The notes: generated from the sequence alone by a model not told the origin. 64,000 nucleotides of DNA from Mobula hypostoma (GCF_963921235.1 NC_086109.1:36644001-36708000), one strand, 5' to 3'; counted from the stretch's first letter, positions 1-12,545 are shown. Translations and numbers: made by a program.

Positions 1-1117
1 ATCAGGCTCCCATAGTTTGCTTTTCTGTTCCATCATATTAAATTCCAGATGAGCGAAATTAAGGAAAATTCCAAGGCACTTTGTAGATATGTTAAAAACA
101 ACAGAACAACTAGGCAGAAGACTACTAAAGGACCGTGGTGGTGGTGGTGGGGGGGGGGTGCGGGAAGGAATTTTGCTCAGAGTATATGGGTAAAATAACT
201 AAATAAATGACAAATTCACCAAGGAGAAGATCCTGGAGCAGGGTGTGATCAGGGGGAGATGTGCTGATATTCAAGGGCAAGTTCAGGAGAAAGAAGGGTT
301 AGGTCTCTTGTATGAGGTCCATTCGGTAGCTATGTCCCCAGATCCTGATGAGTTACTGAGAGTGGCAAATAAGGAGATTGCTGGGGCTTTCAAAGAAACC
401 TTTGCATCTTCGTTAGTGACAGGCAACATCCCAGAGAAAAGGAGAATATACAATATTATACCTTTGCTAATTAAGGGCAATAGGGAGAATCTAGAAAATT
501 ATAGGTCTTTGAGTCTTATATCAGTGGCAGGCAATTTTACTGGAGAAGATTCTTATTGGTAAGATCAACTCATAATGGAAAAACAAAAACATATTTGCAT
601 TCGGGGTGGTCAACATGGTTTATGCAAGATCAGTCATCTCTTTATATAGGTTATGAATTTGATTGAGTTTCTTTTTGAGGGAGTGATGAAAACGGTTGTT
701 GAAGACAGGATAATGGATGTTTTACTGTATACATAAAACTTACTAAGGCATTCAGCAAGGTGCCTTATGGTAGGCTGATCTAAAAGGTTAAGCCATGTGA
801 AATCCATGATGAATTGGCACTTGCTGGAGAAAGCAGAAGGTGATGGGGGAAGTCTTTGACCAGTGCAGATCTGAAAGGATCAGTGCGGGGGCCTATATAT
901 AAGTGTTTTGGACAAATATATCAGATATTTGTAGATATTACAAAAGTTGGCAGAGTTGTGGATAGTGAAGAAAATTGTTGAAAGATACATCAGTATATAG
1001 TTGGAAATACAGATTGCATACAATACGCAGTACATACTATGATAATAAATGTACTTTGAAATATAGGTTAAAAAAAAGTGGCAGGTGGTATTTAACCTGG
1101 GTAATTATGAGGTGTTT

Positions 1118-1377
1118 CTTCTTCTTCTTCTTCAGACTATTGCCCCTGCTGTGGCATAGACTGCCAACAGCAGCTCACGAGAGTCCTTGGTCCTGGGCCA
1201 GTTTTTCAAGTCTTCTCATGTGTGGCCCATCATCATGGTGTTTCCTTCCTCTCCCAGGGGTGAGGTCTTTGTGGTTTCTGGCATTTCTATAGCACTAGAT
1301 TTTTACAAGATGGGGTTGCTAGCCGCATGGCAACCCTTCTCTTTTCACAGCTGGGCTTGGGACTGTCCATGGTGGAG
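1118..1377 (-). mobile_element. Short non-autonomous RTE-type element (5' part joined to 3' end, (GAA)n tail)
   Basis: 13-bp TSD ttatgaggtgttt (1105-1117) / ttatgaggcgttt (1378-1390). Minus strand begins ccatggacagtcccaagcccagc..gggttg..gctagcaacccc and ends gaagaagaagaag. Confidence 0.7.
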
Positions 1378-1497
1378 TTATGAGGCGTTTAGCAGGTCAG
1401 ATTTAAGAGAGAAGTATACAGTAGCAGGGCCTCTAGAAGCGTTGATATACAGAGAGATCTTAGTGTATATGAAGACAGCTCCCTAAAAGTGGCTTCA

Positions 1498-1790
1498 CAG
1501 TAGAGTAGTGGTTAGTGTAATACTATTACAGCTCTGAACGTCAGAGTTTGGAGTTCACTTCCAGCATAGTCTATAAGAAGTTTGTGACTGCATGGGTTTC
1601 CTTTGGGTGGTCCGGTTTCCTCCCACATTCCAAAGATGTATCGGTTAGTAAGTTAATTGGTCATTGTAATTTGTCCTGTGATTAGGCTAGGATTAGGTAG
1701 GTGATTTTCTGGGTGGTGCAGCTCTTCGCGATGGAAGGGCCTGTTCCACGGTATACCTCTAAATAAATAAATAAATAAATAAATAATAAA
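1498..1790 (+). mobile_element. tRNA-derived V-domain SINE (HE1-like)
   Basis: A-box-like tagagtagtggttag, V-domain core gggtttcc..ccggtttcctcccacattccaaagatgt, (AAAT)n tail at 1761-1790. Confidence 0.75.
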
Positions 1791-2189
1791 CTAACAAAAG
1801 AAAGTATATAGCATATTTACCACTTTACAGCAAGGATGTGGAGGCTTTAGAAAGGATGCAGAAATGGTTCACTAAGATGTTAACTTTTTTAGAGAGTATT
1901 ATCTAAAAGGAAAGATTGAATAAACTCTGAATGTTTTCTTTGGAGTCTCAAGGTGGAAGAATGCTCCAATGGAAGTACATGAAATTTTGAGAAATATAGT
2001 TGGGGTAAATAATGAGAGTCTTTCTCTGGAAAGATCAATACAGTTCTGTTTGTTATTTGTAAAAACAAACAGTGTGGATAAAAATGCTACAACTATTTTA
2101 TTTACAACAACAGCTTTTGCTCCAGCCCAAGCATATGTGACAAGGTCACCTGTGTCATTTCCAGTTCCAGGTGATCCACCTGCATTACC

Positions 2190-2972
2190 CACTGGGAACG
2201 GAAGTCATAGTGTGCAAGCCTGGTACAGCCGTTCCGATCTATTCTTACTTTCTTCTCCTTACTTTCTAATTTACGTTATTTTTTGTATTTTTTTTTCTCA
2301 CGGTAACACGTCGAAGCTGTACCTTCTCTAGCATGCTGGTAGAGAGAGTTTTATTTGGGTTTTCTTTAGCGCTGGAAATTGTTACATCCCGACACGCGGG
2401 ACAGAAGCAAGGTCGCATTGTGTATTTCACGGACCAGCAAAGAGCGGCCGGCTTAGCGAACAGAGCGGCAGACACACCTGCTGAAATCCAGAGGAAAACA
2501 CACAGAGAGGGATCACAAAGCAGAGGAAAGAGGACCAGGTCGAGACAACAGAGACTTTTGGAGAAGAGGAGTTCAGTGGGTAATACCATTCTGGCTGACC
2601 GGAAGTGCACTGACAGCGGTAAGCATAAAGGAGTTCGGTGCTTACTGTTCTGGCTAACAACGGATGGTGCAATCCGGGGTATATTATGATCAAGGAACGT
2701 GTTTGAAGACTGGATATTGAACTTTTTACTGTCGGACTTCGGCCACATTCCACTGTGATACAACACTTGGTGGCTCGGGAGGTCGTTCCTGCCTGTGGCC
2801 ATCAAACTTGCAGCTCCTCCTGTGGAGGGTCAGACACCGTGAGCTAATAGACTGGTCCTGGACTTATTTCCATCTGACATAATTTGCATTTTGGTGTTTG
2901 ATTGTTAGGGTTTTTTGTATTGCTATATTTACGCTCTATTCTTGGTTGGTGCGGCTGTAATGAAACCAAATA
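2190..2972 (+). mobile_element. Internally deleted Rex1/Babar-type LINE (5' end fused to 3' end)
   Basis: N-terminal GRIVY..PAEIQRKTHR..RLLEKRS and endonuclease ADRKCTDSGKHKG, DIELFTVGLRP join directly to C-terminal RSFLPVAIKL and a 3' UTR ending aataaa. Confidence 0.6.
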
Positions 2973-3664
2973 AAGCCAATCCCCTTTTCACTAATCAACT
3001 TTCAATCAGTCTCTAAGGTGGTTCAATGATCCTTTTTGATCTGCTATATGTTTCCTCAGGTGTATTGATTGTATTTGGGTGCATTAATGGAAGGTTCTTT
3101 CTGAGAATTCTGATCATCTAGTTTATTGTTTACATCTGCTGGCCCCTTTAGTGTTGACAGATGATGTGACACAGCTATGTGTTGGAGCTTGTGGTTGTAG
3201 ATCCATATGGTTCTTTCTCAGAGGTGTCCCTTGATCTGTCTGGATCTGGTAGGAATATGGAGCAATTTCCTCTTGCACATCTGCTTGCATGGACAATGTG
3301 CCGGAATTGTGACCTCAGATTCACACTTGATCTCCAGGCTTCAGGACTGGTAGGCTTTTCACAAGCCTTGTGGCAATACTGTTTCCATTTCTTTATCCCT
3401 TTTACTTCCACCAATTTGACCTTGTGTGTTCCTTTAGGTGTCAACAGGTTTTCATGCTCTGAAGGTGAATGTTGGCCCTTCTGTAGGTCATCAGACTTTT
3501 GTGGAAATCCTTTCATTCTTCTTGTGAATTATTCATGAGACCCTTCACTACCTTGACCGAATTCTCTGCTAGGTCATTAGATTTTGGGTGATGTGGACTT
3601 GAACCTCCAAATCACTGGAAAAGGGCTCATATTCACAGCTTGAAAATTGTGCACCATTATCTGA

Positions 3665-4081
3665 TGTTACCTCTGTCCTGTGGGAGGCATGGCTTATTCT
3701 GCCCGTCAAAAGTTGCTTCTGTCATGATTAGTCAGTTTAGAAACTGCAGCTGCTTTTCCCATTGGTTAGTTGCCTGATGTCCAGTTTGAAATATCATGGG
3801 TGCTTAGAGAGCACGTGTGGAGGTTCTTTTTCTTCCTTTGTTTGAAGCAAGTAATGCACTTCGCCATTGGGAAGGTGTGCTCTTTGCACAGTTTTAACTC
3901 AGTATGTTTGTTGAATGCATACATGTTTGCTCAAATTTTCAGCTTTGTAGTGTCTGTAACATAGGGAACATGAATGTTTTGTTGAATTTTTACTCTTTCT
4001 AAATAAATTATTAATATTCTTATTCACAATCAGTGTCTTCTGTCTCACTTGCCAGACCTGTGAACCTGATTCAACGTTACA
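3665..4081. mobile_element. Solo-LTR-like insert within the Gypsy integrase
   Basis: tgttac...gttaca termini, internal aataaa near 4001. It splits the minus-strand integrase between HGVPCEV and SDNGAQF. Confidence 0.6.
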
Positions 4082-4820
4082 ACTTCACATGGAACTCCAT
4101 GTCTTACAAAAACAGCTTTCAGGAAAGTGATGACCACTTTGCTGGATGTTTATTACAGTATTGCAACATCTAGGTAATTGAAAAAGTAGTTTGTTACAAT
4201 GACGTGACTCTTCCTATTACATTCAAACAAATCCACTCCAACTTTGAAGTACAGCTTGTTTGGTACAGGATGTGGTGTAAGTGGTTCTGCTCGCTGCTTT
4301 GGTCTGTAGTTAAGATATATCTCACATGAAGCAGTGGTTTGGCTGATGCCTTGGTTCATTCTTGGCCAGTACATCACTTCATAGGCTAGACATTCATATT
4401 TTTCCTCACCAAAATGCCCTTTATGTATCCTCTGGAGCATTTCCTTGTGTAGAGGCAGTAGAATCACAAACCTATCCCTTTGAAGACCAAATCTTCCACT
4501 ACTGGTATTTCAGCTCTGCATGCCCAATAATCCTGAATACACACTGGACATTTGTTCTTAGTTGCTGGCCATCCTTTCTGTATTGTCTCTGTAAGTACTT
4601 CTATTGTTTAATGTCTCCCAGCTGCTGTCCTAATCTTCTTTCTTCTATTGGGAGATACTGGAATGGAGGCAACAATCATGTCAACATAACCCTGTATATG
4701 TACATTTTCTCTCACACATTCTTTCCTTTTTTGTTGACAGCTTGAGACAGCGCATCAGCAGCAAACATATATTTTCCTGGTGTGTAGATCATCTTCGTGC
4801 CATTTTTCTGCAGCCTTATC

Positions 4821-5199
4821 AACATAGAAACATAGAAAATAGGTGCAGGAGTAGGCCATTCGGCCCTTCGAGCCTGCACCGCCACTTATTATGATCATGG
4901 CTGATCATCCAACTCAGAACCCCGCCCCAGCCTTCCCTCCATACCCCCTGACCCCTGTAGCCACAAGGGCCATATCTAACTCCCTCTTAAACATAGCCAA
5001 TGAACTGGCCTCAACAGTTTGCTGTGGCAGAGAATTCCACAGATTCACCACCCTCTGTGTGAAGAAGTTTTTCCTAATCTCGGTCCTAAAAGGCTTCCCC
5101 TCTATCCTCAAACTGTGACCCCTCGTTCTGGACTTCCCCAACATCGGGAACAATCTTCCCGCATCTAGCCTGTCCAATCCCTTTAGGATCTTATACGTT
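4821..5199 (-). mobile_element. 5'-truncated CR1 LINE 3' end inserted in the Gypsy pol region
   Basis: ORF 4914-5177 DRLDAGRLFP..RNFFTQRVVNLWNSLP-type C-terminus; tail aacatagaaacatagaaa at the left end. Confidence 0.9.
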
Positions 5200-7639
5200 G
5201 ATGCTCTGTATCCTCATGGGACAGTCATTCAGTGGTTTGGGCACATTTGAGACCATTGGTTTATGGTCTGTCTTCACTTCAAAAGCTTATTTATAGGTGT
5301 ACTGATCGAACCTTTCACATGCATATGTGATGGCTAGAAGCTCTTTCTCTATCTGTGCGTAGTTGGCTTCCGCACTTGTTAAAGCCATTGATGCGTTAGC
5401 CTCAGGTTACCATGTGTCATCATGCTGTTGCAGTAATACTGCTCCAAGGCCATACCAGAATGAATCAGCCGACGTCCTGGTACATAAAACATCAACATGG
5501 GCTCTTCAGTTAGAACTCTTTGCAGACTCTGGAAACACTCTTCTTACTTGTGAGACCAAATCCCCTCATTTCACTGCCCAAGGAGTGACCTAAGTTGTGC
5601 TGCACAGTAGACAGTCAAGTGATTATCTTAGCCAGGTATATCACCAACCCCAAGAAGTGTTTCACCTCTTCCTTGTTTTGGGGCCTCTCCATGTTTTCAA
5701 TGACTAATATCTTCCTTGGGTCAGGCTATGACATCTCCTGTGAAAGTCAGTGTCTTAACACCAAACTCAAATTTCTCTTTATTTAATTTCAAATTGGCAG
5801 TCTGTGTCATGTCAAGCACCCGTCTCAGTAGTGCATCATGTTGAGACATGATCTCCTCACATATTGGCAATTAAAATGCTCCCTCTTAATGACTTTATTG
5901 AGATCTCCTGGGTCTAAACATATCCACAATGCTCTATTTTCCTCTAAGTGGAAATGAAACTTTCCTGCATGCATGGACAACAGGAACTATTATCTCATCT
6001 ACATGGATTTTGTGTACACCAGGTACACATCTGACATCCTCAAAGACGTCTGCGTACTCTTCCATGAGTGAAGAGTGGTTATCTTTGGTCTGTGAAGCTA
6101 TTACAAACTCTTTTCAACAGGTTGAGCTTTTCACATGCACTGAAACCTAATACCGGTTGTACTCTCTTTTCTACAACCAGCAGCTGTGACTTCAGGTGCT
6201 GTCCGTAGTACTTGAAGATCACTATACAGCTCCCCTTTACTGAAATGTTCTCCTCAGTATAGTCTGTCACTTTTAACTTCACTGGGTAAATCTTGCTCTT
6301 TACTTCGAGAGTCTTGTAATCATCCACTGATAACAGATTTACCCGGGCTCTGGTGTATGGCTTGAATGGGATTACTGTCTCATTCACAGTTACTGGAACA
6401 ATCCATTCTGTCTTATCAGCATCAGCAGCCTGTAGAGAAGACTTCCTCCATTTCTTCAGTCATCTTCCCCTTGGCAGCCCCAGTTTTGTGGCATTTACAA
6501 AATTATTTTTCTTCCCACAATCACTGCAAGAGTTTCCATAGGCAGGATATGTTTTTGGGATGTTTTGACCACCACATTTGCTACATTTGCTTTTCAAGCC
6601 CTCCTCTTTGCTTTGCTGTAGCCTTACAAAATGCCTTGTGCTCTTCTCCTCTGTTCTCACAGCATACACTGTTTTTTTTTCTGCTCTGTGTAGCTCCTTA
6701 GTTTGTGTTCGTGTGGTCTCTGCTGTCCTATACATATTCAACCCCTTTGCTAGTGTCAAATCTTTTCCTAGGAGGAAACTTTCCCTGAGCCCATTATCTG
6801 GGATTCCACAAATTATTTTGTCACTGATGAGTGAGTCTCTCAAATCTCTAAACTCGCAGAATTTACTCAGTGTGAGAAGCTCAGCTAAGTATTGATGAAA
6901 GCTAACACCTACTTTCTAGTCACAGAAAAGAACTTGAATCTTTCAAATGTGATGTGTTTCCTTGGAACAAAATAAATTGGGTCAAATGGAAAGGCTGCCT
7001 CATTAATTTGAAAGCTATTGTAGATATCCAAAGCACCTTCACCAATTTCATGCAGAAAGATAGACTCCTTCAAATTTTTTCTCTATCCCTCCAGCTCTGG
7101 TCACCGCTAAATATACAATGAATCGCCGTTTGAAGCATTTCCAGTCATCTGATAAATTCCTGGTAAAGTGAAAAGGTATGGGACAACATAGTGTATCCAC
7201 TGAGGGGATTTTTAGGCCATCAACTCAATGTCTTGGTGAACTTTGAGACAGTGTGAACTCTTGCCGGCAGTCTCTCTCTGTCAAAACCTAGTGTCTCTTT
7301 TTTAATTGCTCGTGGTATACAGTTACGCTTTGTATTTAGACTTTACACTGACTTCTGACATTATGTTATGTCTGTTCTTTGTAAATACAAACAGTTTGGT
7401 TAAAACACTAGAAATATTTTATACACAGATTTATAGGAATGGCTTTTGCTCTAGCCCAAGCATGTGCGACAAGCTCACCGGTTCTGGGTGAACCACGCAT
7501 ATTGCCAACTATGAACTGAAGTTCTTTATTCTGTACACACATACTAACATAAATACTAGAGGGCATAATTTTAACTTGACAGGGACAAAGTTCCTGAGTT
7601 ATATGAGGCAAGAATTTGTTTAACAATTATACACAGAAA

Positions 7640-7668
7640 CACACACACACACACACACACACATGCAC
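7640..7668. repeat. (CA)n microsatellite
   Basis: Direct reading of the sequence. Confidence 0.9.
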
Positions 7669-8079
7669 ACTCAATGACTGGTAGTCACCAGGAATATCCT
7701 GACGGGGAAGCTGGCAGAAACCAATGTAATAGCAACATTTAAGAAACACTTAGACAGGAATGGAGAGATATAGACCATGTACAGGTAGATTAGGGTTAGG
7801 GTACATTGGGGAATCACACAAGAAGACATGATGCCAGCTTATTTCTCACAGTTGAACTGTCTATTGGAGATGACGGTAAAAGAAAATTTGCTGGGAATTT
7901 GAAACAAAAGGTGAAGAGTACAAGAAACATTCAACAGGTTTGGCAATGTCTATGCAAAGAGAAGTAGAATTCAAGTTTTAGATTTGAGTTCTTGATCTAA
8001 TGGTTCAAAAAATGAGAACTCAAATTAATTTTATGCTGCAAATATACTTTGGAGAGGGATGGACATAAGAAAGGGAATA

Positions 8080-10742
8080 TGGTTAGAGAGGAGAATAACG
8101 CAATAGAAAGGAAGGACATTAGCCGGGAGGATGTGGAATCGATATGGGTAGAACTGCATAATACTAAGGGGCAGAAAACGCTGGTGGGAGTTGTGTACAG
8201 GCCACCTAACAGTAGTAGTGAGGTTGGGGATGGCATTAAACAGGAAATTAGAAATGCGTGCAATAAAGGAACAGCAATTATAATGGGTGACTTCAATCTA
8301 CATATAGATTGGGTGAAACAAATTGGTAAGGGTGCTGAGGAAGAGAATTTCTTGGAATGTATGCGGGACGGTTTTCTGAACCAACATGTCGAGGAACCAA
8401 CTAGAGAGCAGGGCATTCTAGACTCGGTATTGAGCAATGAGAAAGGGTTAATTAGCAATCTTGTCGTGCAAGGCCCCTTGGGTAAGAGTGACCATAATAT
8501 GGTGGAATTCTTCATTAAGATGGAGAGTGATATAGTTAATTCAGTAACAGAGGTTCTGAACTTAAAGAAGGGTAACTTTGAGGGTATGAGAAGTAAATTA
8601 GCTATGATAGACTGGCAAATGATACTTAGAGGGTTGACGGTGGATATGCAATGGCAAGCATTTAAGGATCGCATGGATGAACTACAACAATTGTTCATCC
8701 CAGTTTGGCAAAAGAATAAACCAGGGAAGGTAGTGTACCCGTGGCTGATGAGGGAAATTAGGGATAGTATCAATTCCAAAGAAGAAACATAGACATTAGC
8801 CAGAAAAAGCGGCACATCTGAGGACTGGGAGAAATTCAGAGTCCAGCAGAGGAGGACAAAGGGCTTAATTAGGAAAGGGAAAAAAGATTATGAGAGAAAG
8901 CTGGCAGGGAACATAAAAACTGACTGTAAAAGCTTTTATAGATATGTGAAAAGAAAAAGATTGGTGAAGACAAATGTAGGTCCCTTACAGTCAGAAACAG
9001 GTGAATTGATCATAGGGAACAAGGACATGGTAGACTAATTGAATAACTACTTTGTTTCTGTCTTCACTAGGGAGGACATAAATAATCTTCTGGAAATAGT
9101 AGGGGACGAGGGTCTAGCGAGATGGAGGAACTGAGGGAAATACATGTTAGTAGGGAAGTGGTGTTAGGTAAATTGAAGGGATTAAAGGCAGATAAATCCC
9201 CAGGGCCAGATGGTCTGCATCCCAGAGTCCTTAAGGAAGTGGCCCAAGAAATAGTGGGTGCGTTAGTGATAATTTTTCAAAACTCTTTAGATTCTGGTCT
9301 AGTTCCTGAGGATTGGAGGGTGGCTAATGTAACCCCGCTTTTTAAAGAAGGAGGGAGAGAGAAACTGGGGAATTATACACCGGTAAGCCTGACATCGGTG
9401 GTGGGGAAAATGCTAGAGTCAGTTATCAAAGATGTGATAACAGCACATTTGGAAAGCGGTGAAATCATCGGACAAAGTCAGCATGGATTTGTGAAAGGAA
9501 AATCATGTTTGACGAATCTCATAGAATTTTCTGAGGATGTAACTAGTAGTGTGGATAGGGGAAAACCAGTGGATGTGGTATATTTGAATTTTCAAAAGGT
9601 TTTTGACAAGGCCCCACACAGGAGATTAGTGTGCAAACTTAAAGCACATGGTAATGGGGATATGGTATTGATGTGGATAGAGAATTGGTTATCAGATAGG
9701 AAGCAAAGAGTGGGAGTAAACGGGACCTTTTCAGAATGGCAGGCAGTGACTCGTGGAGTACCGCAAGGCTCAGTGCTGGGACCCCAGTTGTTTCCAATAT
9801 ATATTAATGACTTAGACAAGGGAATTAAATGCAGCATCTCCAAGTTTGCGGATGACATGAAGCTGGGCTGCAGTGTTAGCTGTGAAGAGGATGCCAAGAG
9901 GATACAGGGTGACTTGGATAGGTTAGGTGAGTGGGCAAATTCTTGGCAGATGCAGTTTAATGTGGATAAATGTGAGGTTATCCACTTTGGTGGCAAGAAC
10001 AGGAAAATAGATTATTATCTGAATGGCGGCCGATTAGGAAAAGGGGAGGTGCAACGAGTCATTGAAAGTGGGCATGCAGGTACAGCAGGTGGTGAAAAAG
10101 GTGAATGGTATGCTGGCATTCATAGCAAGAGGATTTGAGTACAGGAGCAGGGAGGTACTACTGCAGTTGTACAAGGCCTTGGTGAGACCACACCTGGAGT
10201 ATTGTGTGCAGTTTTGGTCCCCTAATCTGAGGAAAGACATTCTTGCCATAGAGGAAGTACAAAGGATGTTCACCAGATTGATCCCTGGGATGGCAGGACT
10301 TTCATGTGATGAAAGACTGGATCGACTAGGCTTATACTCATTGGAATTTAGAAGATTGAGGGGGGATCTGATCGACACGTATAAAATTCTAAAGGGATTG
10401 GACAGGGTAGATGCAAGAAGGTTGTTCCCGATGTTGGGGATGTCCAGAGCGAGGGGTCACAGATTGAGGATAAAGGGGAAGCCTTTTAGGATCGAGTTGA
10501 GGAAAAACTTCTTCACACAGAGAGTGGTGAATCTGTGAAATTCTCTGTCACAGGAAACAGTTGAGGCCAGTTCATTGTCTGTATTTAAGAGGGAGTTAGA
10601 TATGGCCCTTGTGGCTAAAGGGATCAGGGGGTATAGAGAGAAGGCAGGTACAGGGTTCTGAGTTGGATGATCAGCCATGATCATACTGAATGGCAGTGCA
10701 GGCTTGTAGGGCTGAATGGCTTACTCCTGCAGCTATTTTCTA
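8080..10742 (+). pseudogene. CR1 LINE ORF2 pseudogene (partial APE endonuclease, RT, 3' UTR)
   Basis: VYRPP, GDFN and SDH endonuclease motifs (ORF 8049-8792); QHGF, GVPQGSVLGP and KFADD RT motifs (ORF 9122-10138); C-terminal VRPHLEYCVQFWSP. Interrupted by stops and a frameshift near 10056. Confidence 0.95.
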
Positions 10743-11206
10743 AGATGAAGGGGGAAGGTCCACGTTGTAGGACAATACACTGTTTACAAAGCCCTCAGAT
10801 GAATACCATCAGTTTCCTGATGTGATGAAAATTATTTGTTGAGTCAAGAAATGACTTCCTTGTCATGTGTTAAATATTCAATCCATGTTCTGTTCTTGTA
10901 GTCATTTTGATTTAGCTGATCAACTTATGTTTTTGGTCAATAATGATTCTTGCCTCTGCTGACATTTGCCCCAACCCACAACTGAATGTCAATAGCAGGT
11001 CTCCAGATGTTCTTTTAATATAATTGGTACTTGTGTGGTGCAAATATCACTTGCTCTTCTAAACAAAATCCTGAATAATATCCAGGTCCAGTTGCATGCA
11101 GGCCTTGTTATCTGCCTTGTTTTCTGAAGAGTTGCAAATAAAACTGAATTCTGTACAATCAATAAATTATGTCTTTATTTCCTATTTTGTAGTGGACAAC
11201 TGAAAT

Positions 11207-11487
11207 TTTTCTCTAGCGTGTCGCACCAGACAGTCAGCTATTCTTGTCTGGGGCGTGGTGTCAGGATTGGTCTCCTTTGGGATTAACCGGGTCACGATAT
11301 GAATGTTCCTGACTTGACTCTTCTGTTTTACGAGGCCGAGTGGCTAGCTCGACGCTCAACGCTTAACCCAGTATGGATGGAAAGCATGCTCGGGGGGTTG
11401 GGGGGAGGCAGAAGCCCGACTTGGATTCGAACTTGGGAGCTTTTGCTCCGGAGTCTGGCTCTGATGCCATTGCGTCACCAGCCGGCC
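11207..11487 (-). mobile_element. tRNA-headed SINE
   Basis: Minus strand ggccggctggtgacgcaatgg (A box) ... gttcgaatcc (B box), A-rich tail. Imperfect TSD caactgaaat (11197-11206) / caattgaaat (11487-11496). Confidence 0.75.
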
Positions 11488-11861
11488 AATTGAAATAACT
11501 GTACACGATTAGGTCTGCAACATTACCCTGAAAAATTCTTGTAATTATTTCCTGGAACTAAAAATATTATCCTTTAATAGCTGGATTATACTTAATTACA
11601 GTAGGTATAATTCAGTATTTGGATAGCACTCCCCTTAATTCTCATTGATTTCAATTTCCCTTGAGATTTTTGATGTCCACATTTTGATAAAGTTCTGGAT
11701 ATTGTGCTCAGATTTGAAACTCTGGAGGTTATTTTATTTAGTCCATGTTAATATCAAGATTGTGTTGAAACATAGGGCTAAATAAATAATCCAGACTAAG
11801 GTTAGACTATTTAGACAATAGCATGATGATGAACTAGCAGTTAAGACTTTCAATGACATTT

Positions 11862-12545
11862 CCATAAGACCATAAGACTATAAGACAAAGGAGCAGAAGT
11901 AGGCCATTCAGCCCATCGAGTCTGCTTCGCCATTTTATCATGAGCTGATCCATTTTCTCCTGTTTAGTCCCACTCCCCCGCCTTCTCACCATAACCTTTG
12001 ATGCCCTGGCTACTCAGATACCTATCAATCTCTGCCTTAAATACACCCAATGACTTGGCCTCCACTGCTGCCCGTGGCAACAAATTCCATAGATTCACCA
12101 CCCTCTGACTAAAAAAATTTCTTCGTATTTCTGTTCTGAATGGGCGCCCTTCAATCCTTAAGTCATGCTCTCTCGTACTAGACTCCCCCATCATGGGAAA
12201 CAACTTTGCCACATCCACTCTGTCCATGCCTTTTAACATTCGAAATGTTTCTATGAGGTCTCCCCTCATTCTTCTAAACTCCAAGGAATACAGTCCAAGA
12301 GCAGACAAACGTTCCTCATATATTAACCCTCTCATTCCTGGAATCATTCTATTGAATCTTCTCTGTACCCTCTCCAATGTCAGCACATCCTTTCTTAAAT
12401 AAGGAGACCAAAACTGCCCACAGTACTCCAAGTGAGGTCTCACCAGCGCCTTATAGAGCCTCAATATCACATCCCTGCTCCTATACTCTATTCCTCTAGA
12501 AATGAATGCCAACATTGCATTCGCCTTCTTCACTACTGACTCAAC
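11862..12545 (-). mobile_element. CR1 LINE 3' fragment
   Basis: ORF 11964-12689 VESVVKKANAMLAFI..RPHLEYC..RVVNLWNLLP; (ccataaga)n tail. Confidence 0.92.

Larger units (their letters stand above)
40..2040 (+). mobile_element. Highly decayed CR1 LINE ORF2 (RT region), interrupted by younger inserts
   Basis: ORF 245-562 reads SPDPDELLR..EIAG..IIPLLIKGNRENLENYRSLSLISVAG, a decayed form of the CR1 SPGPDG..PLFKKG..NYRPVSLTSVVG block. Further fragments lie at 1380-1500 and 1800-2040; a 3' remnant appears to resume near 7690-7800. Confidence 0.75.
2043..7625 (-). mobile_element. Decayed Gypsy LTR retrotransposon (gag-PR-RT-RH-IN remnants) with nested inserts
   Basis: LTR at 7364-7625 (TG..CA) has a partial homologue at 2043-2190. 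Degenerate tRNA-Leu-like PBS at 7351-7363 (minus taatgtcagaagt), PPT near 2978-2990. Gag RDSLISDKIICGIPDNGLRE (6460-6843); integrase HKGHFGEEK..YWP (4153-4467), SDNGAQF and SPHHPKSNDLAE (3540-3664). Confidence 0.85.

Noticed and set aside
136..165. G-quadruplex-like tract
   Set aside because: A simple (GGT)n/poly-G expansion inside a decayed CR1, with no evidence of function.
7997..8815. 272-aa minus-strand ORF
   Set aside because: It is the antisense of the CR1 endonuclease region; similar shadow ORFs occur on other CR1 and Gypsy copies.
11410..11487. tRNA gene
   Set aside because: A and B boxes are present but run into a SINE body, tail and TSD; I could not build a full cloverleaf. The same applies to 14900-14966.
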